From the NCBI GenBank assembly GCA_003696505.1, contig RFHC01000063.1:1-47417 (forward strand): a stretch of DNA of 47,417 nucleotides. The letters run 5' to 3'. The stretch's first letter is position 1; each line of letters opens with the position of its first letter. Positions 34,854-42,847 of the stretch are shown one piece after another. Made by a program: the position numbers and the translations under genes. This DNA comes from Deltaproteobacteria bacterium. GTDB lineage: Bacteria; Desulfobacterota; Deferrimicrobia; J040. The notes under the pieces were generated by a model. The model had not been told where the DNA came from, searched no databases, and saw only the letters and a list, made by a program, of their open reading frames with translations.

Positions 34854-35489
34854 CTATCTCCCCAGCTTCCCCTCCACGACGCTCACGATCCGGGAAAAGA
34901 TTTCGTCCTCCCCCATTCTCCCGTCGAGGACGACGATTCTCTCCTGTTCCCGCGCGGCGAGCTCGAGGTATCCCCGCCTCACCTTCTCGTGAAACTCAAG
35001 GCTCTCCGATTCGAGGCGGTCAAGAGTCCCCCTGCTCTTCCTCACTCTTTCCAGCCCCTCCCGGGCGGGAACGTCCAGGAGAAAAGTGAGGTCGGGGACG
35101 ATACCCTCCGTCGCATACCTGTTCAACCCTTCCAGAAAAGCCAGGTCCAGCCCCCGTCCGTATCCCTGATACGCCAGCGTCGCGTCAGTAAAGCGGTCGC
35201 AGATGACGGTGATTCCCTGCCTGAGAGCCGGCTTGATGACGGAGTGGACGTGCTGGGCCCTGCTCGCCAGGTAGAGGAAGAGTTCGGCCCGGGGACTCAC
35301 CTTCTCCGTCCGGTTGGCGAGAATCAGCTCCCGGACCCTGTCCGCCAGGGGAGTCCCCCCCGGTTCTCGCGTCGCCAGGACGGGTTTCCCCAGCGCTTCG
35401 AAGTGTTCCCTCAATCTCCGTATCTGCGTCGTCTTGCCCGAGCCCTCTATTCCCTCGAAGGTGATGAAGAGAGCGCTGCCCGCCGTCAT
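34854..35489 (-). CDS. tmk: Thymidylate kinase
   Basis: 211 aa with FITFEGIEGSGKTTQ (P-loop), the DRF motif (CDRFTDATLAYQG) and a LID region. Confidence 0.9.
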   Translation of the reverse strand: MTAGSALFITFEGIEGSGKTTQIRRLREHFEALGKPVLATREPGGTPLADRVRELILANRTEKVSPRAELFLYLASRAQHVHSVIKPALRQGITVICDRFTDATLAYQGYGRGLDLAFLEGLNRYATEGIVPDLTFLLDVPAREGLERVRKSRGTLDRLESESLEFHEKVRRGYLELAAREQERIVVLDGRMGEDEIFSRIVSVVEGKLGR

Positions 35490-35510
35490 CTCATCTCCAT
35501 CTCCCCTGCC

Positions 35511-37952
35511 TCAGCACTCGGAGAACCCGCAGGAGCGGCACTTCTCGCACCCTTCCTGGAGTTCCGTCTGAGAACCGCACTCGGGGCAGGCTCCCCTTCG
35601 GCGCGTGAACTCTGAGAGGTCCATCTCTTCGTCCACCGGGGAGAGACTCCTCTCTCCCCCGTTTCCCCCCTCCTTTGCCGGCGGAAGTTCTTTCAAAACG
35701 TCCTCGTAGGTGTCGAGATACCACTCGATCGCCTTCGCCACGGCGTCGGCGCAGGAGAGAATTCTCCCGCCGTTGGAGAAGGAGTTCATCTGGCAGCTTA
35801 TCCCCTTGAGCTGCTTGACGATGGCCCTTCCGTCGACGCCCGAGCGGAGGGCCAGGGAAACGAGCCTCCCGATTGCCTCGGACTGGCTGGAGGCACAACC
35901 TCCTGCCTTGCCCATCTGGTTGAATATCTCGAAGAGCCCTCGCTCGTCCCGGTTCATCGTCACGTAGAGCTTCCCGCACCCTGTCCTCATCTCCTTCGTG
36001 ATGCCCACGAGCGTGTCCGGCCTGGGCCTGGGACGGACCTTGACGGGCTGGGCGGACTCTTCCTTCACCCCCCCTTCAGCCTTTTCCTTCCCGGTCCCCG
36101 CCGTGAGGACCTGTCCCTCTCTGGAGCCGTCCCGGTAAACGGTCACGCCCTTGCAGCCGAGGCGGTAGGCGAGGAGGTACGCTTCCCTTATGTCCTCTCG
36201 GGTTGCCTCACGGGGGAAGTTCACCGTCTTCGAGACGGCGTTGTCGGTAAATTTCTGGAATGCCGCCTGCATCCGCACGTGCCAGTAGGGAGTCACGTCG
36301 TAGGCTGTGACGAAAACCCTCTTCGCTTCGTCGTCAAACTCCTCGTGGTCGCGTATCCTTCCCCCGGCCTTGCTCACCCGGGCAATAAGTTCTTCGCTGT
36401 CGAGTCCGTGCTCCCGCAGGTATTCGAGGAAGATGGGGTTGACCTCGTACAGCGTCTGGTTATCCAGAACGTGGCGCTCGTAGACGAGGGCGAAGACCGG
36501 CTCGATTCCGCTGGAACAGCCGGCGATGATGCTGATCGTCCCGGTGGGGGCAATCGTCGTCGTCGTGGCGTTCCGGAGCGGCTCCTCTCCCCGGGCGGCG
36601 TAGATGGAAATCCCGAAGTTCGGGAAGGAGCCCCTCTCCCGCGCCAGAGCCCGGGACGCGGCCTTGGACTCCTCCTGAACGAAGGCCATCACCTCTTCAG
36701 CCAGCTGGAGGGCTTCCTCCGAATCGTAAGGAATGCCGAGACGATAGAGCATGTCGGCGAAGCCCATGATTCCGAGCCCGATCTTCCTGTTCTTCTTCGT
36801 GATTTCCTCGATCTGAGGGAGGGGATAGTTGTTCATGTCGATGACGTTGTCGAGGAAGCGGACCGCCCGGTGAACCCTCTCTCTCAACTTCTCGTAGTCG
36901 ATTTCCCACTTCTCCCCTCTGCGGGTGAGCATCCGGGAAAGGTTCACGGAACCCAGGTTGCACGACTCGAAGGGGAGGAGCGGCTGTTCACCGCAGGGAT
37001 TCGTGCTCTCAATCTCCCCCAGAGCCGGCGTGGGATTGTCGCGGTTTATCCTGTCGAGGAAGATGATACCCGGCTCCCCGTTCTCCCAGGCTGACTCGAC
37101 GATTTTATCGAAAACCTCGCGGGCGGGGAGATACTCCACCACCTCCTTCGTGCGTGGATTCACCAGAGGATAATCGGTCCCCTCTTCCACAGCCTTCATG
37201 AATTCCTCTGTCAGGGCGACGGAGATGTTGAAGTTGTTCAGTTTCTTCGTGTCCCTCTTGCAGGTGATGAAGTCGAGGATGTCGGGATGGTCCACCCGGA
37301 GGATGCCCATGTTGGCACCTCTCCTCGTCCCTCCCTGCTTTATCGTTTCCGTTGCGGAATCGAAGACGGTCATGAAGGAGATGGGGCCCGAAGACACTCC
37401 CTTCGTGGAGCGGACGACGTCGTTTTTCGGCCTCAAACGGGAGAAGGAAAAGCCCGTGCCCCCGCCGCTTTTGTGAATGAGCGCCGTAAACTTCACGGCG
37501 TCGAAAATCGACTCCATCGAGTCATCCACGGGGAGAACGAAGCAGGCAGAGAGCTGCTGAAGTTCCTTCCCCGCGTTCATGAGCGTGGGGGAGTTGGGCA
37601 TGAATTCGAGGGAATTTATCATCTCGTAGAACCTCTCCGCCCAGAAGAGGACATCTTCCATCTTCCTCCCGTAAGAGAGCGCTTCGGCCAGAGCGATGTT
37701 GTAGGAAACGCGGGCCACCATGTCTTCTGGAGTTTCCAGGACGCGTCCCTCCTCGTCCTTCTTGAGGTACCTCTTCTCCAGGACGACACGAGCGTTGTCC
37801 GTCACCGGCATGGGGCCGTACTTCCGGACCATCTCTTTCTTCCACTCCTCGGGCGGATTCAGCGGGACCTCCGCCGAGAGCGTAACGCTGTTTTTCCCTT
37901 TTCCCTTCATTTCACCAATTTCCCTGTCGAAAAAATCTCCTCCAACTGACAT
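35511..37952 (-). CDS. nrdJ: Adenosylcobalamin-dependent (class II) ribonucleotide reductase
   Basis: About 813 aa. The start is set to the ATG at 37952, 8 nt after GGAGGGG. It has NSPTLMNAG, STNPCGEQPL (active-site Cys/Glu), TIAPTGTIS, and a C-terminal Cys-rich tail (CPECGS...CEKCRSCGFSEC). Confidence 0.9.
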   Translation of the reverse strand: MSVGGDFFDREIGEMKGKGKNSVTLSAEVPLNPPEEWKKEMVRKYGPMPVTDNARVVLEKRYLKKDEEGRVLETPEDMVARVSYNIALAEALSYGRKMEDVLFWAERFYEMINSLEFMPNSPTLMNAGKELQQLSACFVLPVDDSMESIFDAVKFTALIHKSGGGTGFSFSRLRPKNDVVRSTKGVSSGPISFMTVFDSATETIKQGGTRRGANMGILRVDHPDILDFITCKRDTKKLNNFNISVALTEEFMKAVEEGTDYPLVNPRTKEVVEYLPAREVFDKIVESAWENGEPGIIFLDRINRDNPTPALGEIESTNPCGEQPLLPFESCNLGSVNLSRMLTRRGEKWEIDYEKLRERVHRAVRFLDNVIDMNNYPLPQIEEITKKNRKIGLGIMGFADMLYRLGIPYDSEEALQLAEEVMAFVQEESKAASRALARERGSFPNFGISIYAARGEEPLRNATTTTIAPTGTISIIAGCSSGIEPVFALVYERHVLDNQTLYEVNPIFLEYLREHGLDSEELIARVSKAGGRIRDHEEFDDEAKRVFVTAYDVTPYWHVRMQAAFQKFTDNAVSKTVNFPREATREDIREAYLLAYRLGCKGVTVYRDGSREGQVLTAGTGKEKAEGGVKEESAQPVKVRPRPRPDTLVGITKEMRTGCGKLYVTMNRDERGLFEIFNQMGKAGGCASSQSEAIGRLVSLALRSGVDGRAIVKQLKGISCQMNSFSNGGRILSCADAVAKAIEWYLDTYEDVLKELPPAKEGGNGGERSLSPVDEEMDLSEFTRRRGACPECGSQTELQEGCEKCRSCGFSEC

Positions 37953-38028
37953 GACCGTCACCCCTCCAGGATAATTATACCACGTTTTTCAATGATATAG
38001 GCTATGTTGTGGTCTCTCGACCGACGTC

Positions 38029-38044
38029 ACACAATATATTGTGG
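38029..38044. promoter_or_regulatory. NrdR box upstream of nrdJ
   Basis: ACACAATATATTGTGG is 15/16 self-complementary and fits the NrdR operator consensus acaCwAtATaTwGtgt. A degenerate half-site (TATGTTGTGG within 37997..38012) lies 32 bp away, which is the usual tandem spacing. Confidence 0.6.
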
Positions 38045-38138
38045 CATTCACTCAGTGTCAAGGAGAAATGTGGAGCAGAAGGAAATTTTTCGGAAGGAAT
38101 TTCGAATTACCGAAGATGCGAAGCAATAAAACGTCGTT

Positions 38139-38381
38139 TCATTTTAACCGGGATATCCTCTTCACGATTTCCGGGCGTATTCCCGGAGGTGCCGGGTCTC
38201 CCCTGAAGAGCATCCCTTCAAGGTCCCGGTCCTCCATCTCCAGGAGACGGAGAAATTCCTCTCGCTCCTCTCGACTCAACCCCTCCCACTCCCTTTCGAA
38301 GAAGTCGAGAAGGAGGGTCTCCAGTTCGAGGGTGGAGCGTCGGGAGCAGAGGAAACGAACTTTCCTGGTCACTTCGTTCAC
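38139..38381 (-). CDS. SdhE/YgfY-family FAD assembly factor (DUF339)-like protein
   Basis: 80 aa with a GTG start 5 nt after GGAGGA. The block CSRRSTLELETLLLDFF...FLRLLEMEDRDL matches the RRGxLELD...helical pattern of SdhE-like flavinylation factors. Confidence 0.6.
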   Translation of the reverse strand: MNEVTRKVRFLCSRRSTLELETLLLDFFEREWEGLSREEREEFLRLLEMEDRDLEGMLFRGDPAPPGIRPEIVKRISRLK

Positions 38382-38469
38382 CCGAATCCTCCAGGAGTTT
38401 CATTTTAACACTCCCCCGGCCCCGGGAGAAGAGAGACAAAAAATTTGCCTTCTCTTCCAGAATTCGCTA

Positions 38470-38484
38470 TGTATATTGTATACA
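38470..38484. promoter_or_regulatory. 7-1-7 palindrome in the divergent promoter region of the second cytochrome operon
   Basis: TGTATAT-T-GTATACA, with the half-sites complementary at 6 of 7 positions. The geometry is that of Fur-family operators. It lies 111-125 nt upstream of the 9-heme cytochrome ATG and 89-103 nt upstream of the SdhE-like start. Confidence 0.35.
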
Positions 38485-38594
38485 GTCGACAGATAGGGCA
38501 GTGAACCCGGAAAAAGGCGTTCTCCGCAGTGAACTTTCCTCAGGACCGGGTGAGAATCACGACCTCCACCCGGCGGAGAAAGGGGGTTCCCCAG

Positions 38595-39668
38595 ATGAAG
38601 TGGAGAGTTGCTGCCCTCTTCCCTCTCATTCTCATTCTCTTCCTTCCCCTCGCCCCGAAAACATCTCAAGGAGAGTGGGTCGGACAGTCCCGCTGCCTCG
38701 TCTGCCACGGGAAGAGGGAGTACCGTTTTTACAAAAAAGGAGGATACGCGAAGAACCTCTACGTCTCACTCGAAGAACTCAGAGCATCCGTCCACAAAGA
38801 GAAGTTTTGCTCCGACTGCCACACCGACGTGGTGGAACTCCCCCACAGGGGAACGCCTTCCCGCGTCTCCTGTACCACCTGTCACTACAAGGGGAACCCT
38901 GAAGGAGCGCCCCAGCTGGATGCATATCTGGAGTACGAAAGGAGCATTCACGGGCTCGAAGCGAAAGAGGGGAATCCGGATGCTCCCCTCTGCCAGGACT
39001 GCCACGGGTCCCACAACGTCCGTCCCCCCGAAGACCCCCTCTCGACGGTGAACAAAAGGAACGTCGCGCGCACCTGCGGGAAGTGCCACATCGACATCTA
39101 CGCCGAGTTCAGGACGAGCATCCACGGCGTTGCCGTCGCACGGGGGGTGGAGGACGCTCCTTCCTGCCCCGACTGCCACGGCGAACACAACATCCTCGAG
39201 CCGACGAATCCGGAGTCTACGGTCTACCCCTCCCACGTGCCGACGCAGTGCTCGAAGTGCCACGCCCGGGAGGCGATTCGGGAAAAGTACGGGATCAAAG
39301 CGGAGCCCGTCAAGACGTACAGGGAGAGTTTCCACGGAGTGGCCATAGAATTCGGCGCGAGGACCGTGGCAAACTGCGCCTCCTGCCACGGGACACACGA
39401 CATTCGCCCGCCTGAAGACCCCCTCTCTTCCGTCAATCCTGAGAACATCCCGAAAACCTGCGGGAAGTGCCACCCCGGCGCGACGCCGAAATTCGCGGAG
39501 GGGAAGATTCACATAGACCCGACGAAGAAAGAGGCAGGCGCCGTCTACTACGTGGCCTCCTTCTTCAAATACCTCACCATCACGACGATGCTCGGGCTTA
39601 TCTGCCACATCCTCCTCGACCTGTACGGGAGGGTCAGGAGGATGAGGAGAAAGGAGAGAATGAGATGA
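38595..39668 (+). CDS. Nonaheme c-type cytochrome with signal peptide and C-terminal TM helix
   Basis: The start is at the ATG at 38595 ([17 protein letters not shown]) after GGAGAAAGGGGG. The nine CxxCH motifs are CLVCH, CSDCH, CTTCH, CQDCH, CGKCH, CPDCH, CSKCH, CASCH and CGKCH. It shows the repeated pattern CxxCHGxHxI.PPEDPLS.VN..N...TCGKCH. The C-terminal helix is [24 protein letters not shown]. Confidence 0.85.
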   Translation: MKWRVAALFPLILILFLPLAPKTSQGEWVGQSRCLVCHGKREYRFYKKGGYAKNLYVSLEELRASVHKEKFCSDCHTDVVELPHRGTPSRVSCTTCHYKGNPEGAPQLDAYLEYERSIHGLEAKEGNPDAPLCQDCHGSHNVRPPEDPLSTVNKRNVARTCGKCHIDIYAEFRTSIHGVAVARGVEDAPSCPDCHGEHNILEPTNPESTVYPSHVPTQCSKCHAREAIREKYGIKAEPVKTYRESFHGVAIEFGARTVANCASCHGTHDIRPPEDPLSSVNPENIPKTCGKCHPGATPKFAEGKIHIDPTKKEAGAVYYVASFFKYLTITTMLGLICHILLDLYGRVRRMRRKERMR

Positions 39669-40585
39669 GCTCCAGAGAGAAAGAACTGATCGACCTCCTC
39701 GTGAAAGAAGCGGAAGACGAATTCCTCAGGACGGCTGGAGACCTCCCCCCCGAAGAACTGGAGAGAATCCGGCAGAAGGTGCGGGAGAGAGCGCGGGCAG
39801 AGGCGGAGAGAGAGGTGAGGAGACTCCTCCGGAAGAGGGAGGAAGAGGAGAAGAGGGAAAGAGAAAGAGTGGAGGAGGAAGAGGAGTACTTCATCCGTTT
39901 CAACCGGAACTTCCGGTTCCAGCACATGGTCCTCTTCACATCCGTCATCATCCTCATCATCACGGGACTCCCCCTGAAGTTCCCCGACTTCGCCCTCTCC
40001 CGCTGGCTCATGAGCCTGTGGGGAGGAGTCAAGTACAGCACCGTCATTCACCGGATTGGCGCAACGATGCTCATCTACTTCATGGTCCACCACCTCCTCT
40101 ACACGCTCCTGAGCAGGGACGGGAGGAGAGACTTCATCATGCTCATCCCCACACCCAAAGACTTCCGCGATTTTTTCCAGAACATCCGCTACTTCGTCGG
40201 GAAGACGGAGGACCCGCCGAAGTTTGACCGCTTCTCTTACATCGAGAAGTTCGACTACTGGGCCGTCTACTGGGGATGCGTCATCATGATCGGGTCGGGC
40301 CTCATCCTCTGGTTCGAGGAAACGGCCATGAAGTTCCTCCCCAAGTTCTGGGTCGACATGGCCCACGAGGCCCACTCGGACGAGGCCCTCCTGGCAACCC
40401 TTGCCATCGTCATCTGGCACTTCTACAACGTCCACTTCAACCCCGACAGGTTCCCGGGGACACTTTTGTGGTGGCACGGAAAGATCTCGAAAGAGGAGAT
40501 GCTCAAGGAGCACCCGCTGGAGTACGAGCGCATCATGGCTGAAAGGGCCCGCCGAAAAGAGGCGGGAGAGGAGGGGAGACAATGA
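39665..40585 (+). CDS. FdnI/HydC-type diheme cytochrome b (4 TM) with a charged N-terminal extension
   Basis: The start ATG at 39665 overlaps the upstream stop (ATGA). Four predicted helices carry His residues ([54 protein letters not shown]), as in Ni/Fe-hydrogenase and formate dehydrogenase b-type subunits. The first 75 aa or so are Glu/Arg/Lys-rich. Confidence 0.8.
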   Translation: MSSREKELIDLLVKEAEDEFLRTAGDLPPEELERIRQKVRERARAEAEREVRRLLRKREEEEKRERERVEEEEEYFIRFNRNFRFQHMVLFTSVIILIITGLPLKFPDFALSRWLMSLWGGVKYSTVIHRIGATMLIYFMVHHLLYTLLSRDGRRDFIMLIPTPKDFRDFFQNIRYFVGKTEDPPKFDRFSYIEKFDYWAVYWGCVIMIGSGLILWFEETAMKFLPKFWVDMAHEAHSDEALLATLAIVIWHFYNVHFNPDRFPGTLLWWHGKISKEEMLKEHPLEYERIMAERARRKEAGEEGRQ

Positions 40586-42564
40586 GGGAGATGATATCCG
40601 ATTTCTTCCGCTTCCTCGGGGAATACCGGCGGCCCATCCTGAAAATCGTGATTTTCCTCCTCATCCTCTTCGTCGCATACAACGGTGTCTTCTTTATCTC
40701 CCTGAACCACCCGAAATCGTGCACCGTCTGCCACTACATGGACCCTTACTACGAGCAGTGGAAGAGTTCCTCACACAACGGGGTGAAGTGCCTCAAGTGC
40801 CACACCTTCAAGCCTCTCTTTATCACGGTGACGACGGTCAAGTACCTGACGGGGACTTACAACCCCAGACCTCACGCCGTCGTGAAAGACGATTCGTGCC
40901 TCTCGAAGGGATGCCACTCCCTCCGTCTGGAGAAACCTGAAGTCCCCTTCGCAGAGGAGGTGGTCTTCGACCACAAGGAACACATGGAAAAACTCAAGCG
41001 GGGGGAGAAACTCACCTGCACCTCCTGCCACTACCAGGTTGTCCAGGGGGAGCACATGACCGTGGACTCCCGTGTCTGCTTTCTCTGCCACTTCAAGGGA
41101 ACGGGCCCGGGACAGGCCGTGGGGGGATGCACTTCCTGTCACAGAAACCCGGGAGAGGTGGAAACGCACGTGGGCTTCCGATTCAATCACGCCCCTTACC
41201 TGAAGAGAGGGCTCGAGTGCCACAACTGCCACCTCCGGGTTGCCGAAGGAACGGGAAAAGTTGAGAAGGACCGTTGCTATTCCTGCCACGTGGAGAGGAA
41301 GAGGGAGAAACTCGACCGCATCTCGCTCCACAAAATCCACGTCACCGGCCAGCACCTTCCCTGCCTCTCCTGCCACGAGGAGATACGCCACGAAATCGTC
41401 GAAATGGCGAAGATGTTCGGAGGGAACTGCACGTCCTGCCACGGGTCTCTCCACGAGGAAAAGGAGGAAATCTATATGGGGACAGGTGCCCGGGGAATTC
41501 CCCCATCCCCTTCCCTCATGTTCGTCGCCCAGGTCGCCTGTGACGGCTGTCACAAAGGTGCTGTCCGGGGAGAAACGAAGGGGGAAAGGCAGATTTCCGC
41601 TCTCAGGCAGACCTGCGTGGAGTGCCACTCCACGGAGTACGGAAAGATGCTGAACACGTGGATGACATGGGGGGAGAGAATTATCAAAGAAACGAAGAAG
41701 GTGAGAGCCAGAGGGCGGGTCCTCCTCGCGAAGGCGAAGGAGAAGGGAATAAAGGACGCTGTCTCCCTGCTGGAGGACATATCCGCCAACGCAGAGCTCC
41801 TGGAAAGGGGAGTCCCTGCCCACAACATCACCTTCGCCTGGGAGATAGCCAGGACTGCCTACACTCAGTACAGCATCGCCGCAGGTTATCTGGGGGAGAA
41901 GCCTCTCCCCCTCCCCGACTTCCTCTCCTCTCCCGAGAAGACCTGCATCTCCCTCTGCCACGGCGACCTGGGAATACCCGGAGATGTGGAAGTTGAATCC
42001 CTCGGGACGGCATTTCCCCACTCCACCCACCGGGAAGACCTGGGCCTTCCCTGCACCCGGTGCCATACGCCGGAAAAACACCGGGTCGAGAAGTTCCGAC
42101 CCGGGGAATGCACAGGCTGCCACCACGGCGGGGAAGCAGAGCTCGAGTGCGCCACCTGCCACGTGAAGACATCGGCCCTTTACGCGGGGAAGAGCGATGG
42201 AAACCTCCCCCCGTCGGAGATGTTCGAGGCGGAAGTCAACTGCACGGACTGTCACGGAGAGGGAAGCCACATCTCCGCCGACACGCGAAAAATAAGAGAA
42301 AGGTGCATCGAATGTCACGACGAATCCTACGGGGAAACTCTGGAGGAATGGCTTGACGCATCCGCAGAGGTGAGAAAGCGCGGGGAAAAACTCCTGGAGG
42401 AACTCCTCCTCGTCACGGAAAAGAGGGAAAACCCCGACGAGAAGGCTCTGCTGGAAGAAACGAGAAAACTCGTTTCCTCCATACTCGCTGCCAATCCGGT
42501 CCACAATCTGGATGGGGCGGAGAAAGCCCTCGCAGAGGGCGAGAAAGCGCTGAGGAAGGAATAG
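40582..42564 (+). CDS. NapC/NirT-like membrane-anchored multiheme cytochrome c (16 CxxCH plus CX4CH and CX3CH)
   Basis: 660 aa, with an ATGA overlap to the cytochrome b gene. After the TM helix ([21 protein letters not shown]) comes [29 protein letters not shown]. It is colinear with the 21952..23412 protein over about 440 aa, and a 5-heme C-terminal extension follows. Confidence 0.85.
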   Translation: MREMISDFFRFLGEYRRPILKIVIFLLILFVAYNGVFFISLNHPKSCTVCHYMDPYYEQWKSSSHNGVKCLKCHTFKPLFITVTTVKYLTGTYNPRPHAVVKDDSCLSKGCHSLRLEKPEVPFAEEVVFDHKEHMEKLKRGEKLTCTSCHYQVVQGEHMTVDSRVCFLCHFKGTGPGQAVGGCTSCHRNPGEVETHVGFRFNHAPYLKRGLECHNCHLRVAEGTGKVEKDRCYSCHVERKREKLDRISLHKIHVTGQHLPCLSCHEEIRHEIVEMAKMFGGNCTSCHGSLHEEKEEIYMGTGARGIPPSPSLMFVAQVACDGCHKGAVRGETKGERQISALRQTCVECHSTEYGKMLNTWMTWGERIIKETKKVRARGRVLLAKAKEKGIKDAVSLLEDISANAELLERGVPAHNITFAWEIARTAYTQYSIAAGYLGEKPLPLPDFLSSPEKTCISLCHGDLGIPGDVEVESLGTAFPHSTHREDLGLPCTRCHTPEKHRVEKFRPGECTGCHHGGEAELECATCHVKTSALYAGKSDGNLPPSEMFEAEVNCTDCHGEGSHISADTRKIRERCIECHDESYGETLEEWLDASAEVRKRGEKLLEELLLVTEKRENPDEKALLEETRKLVSSILAANPVHNLDGAEKALAEGEKALRKE

Positions 42565-42662
42565 CCCTCACCCGCCCCACCCTGTCTTTTACCCCGGCGC
42601 GAGTCGAGAGAGGAAACCTCTTCCCGTCACCGCCTCCTGACCGGTATAATTTCAAAAGCGGT

Positions 42663-42739
42663 CGGGGCGTGGCGCAGCCTGGCAGCGCACTTGCCTTGGG
42701 AGCAAGGGGTCGCCGGTTCAAATCCGGCCGCCCCGACCA
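42663..42739 (+). tRNA. tRNA-Pro (anticodon UGG), CCA encoded
   Basis: Acceptor stem CGGGGCG/CGCCCCG, D-stem GCGC/GCGC, anticodon stem CTTGC/GCAAG with loop CTTGGGA, and T-arm GCCGGTTCAAATCCGGC. A TATAAT lies at 42644..42649 upstream. Confidence 0.9.
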
Positions 42740-42763
42740 TCTTCTCCCGGAAAAAGTGTTTAA

Positions 42764-42830
42764 TTCGGAGTGCGGATGCGGGATGCGGAATCTGGCCCCG
42801 AACAGCAGGCTCCGGTATCCGCACTCCGAA
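42764..42830. repeat. Perfect 14-bp inverted repeat with 39-nt spacer (possible bidirectional terminator or protein site)
   Basis: TTCGGAGTGCGGAT (42764..42777) pairs with ATCCGCACTCCGAA (42817..42830). It lies between the convergent tRNA-Pro and the 675-aa gene. The spacer contains the tandem GCGGATGCGGGATGCGGAA. Confidence 0.4.
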
Positions 42831-42847
42831 CATGACGACTCTTCATA

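Noticed and set aside
37974-37979. TATAAT hexamer on the minus strand just upstream of nrdJ.
   Set aside because: It lies only about 6 nt from the GGAGGGG RBS, so a transcript starting there would lack a usable leader. There is no -35 element at 17-nt spacing.
38498-38534. Direct repeat GCAGTGAAC (38498..38506 and 38526..38534) in the 5-prime leader of the second cytochrome operon, considered as a riboswitch or attenuator.
   Set aside because: It is only 9 nt long. I could not derive a convincing conserved secondary structure by eye, and it matches no riboswitch class I know.
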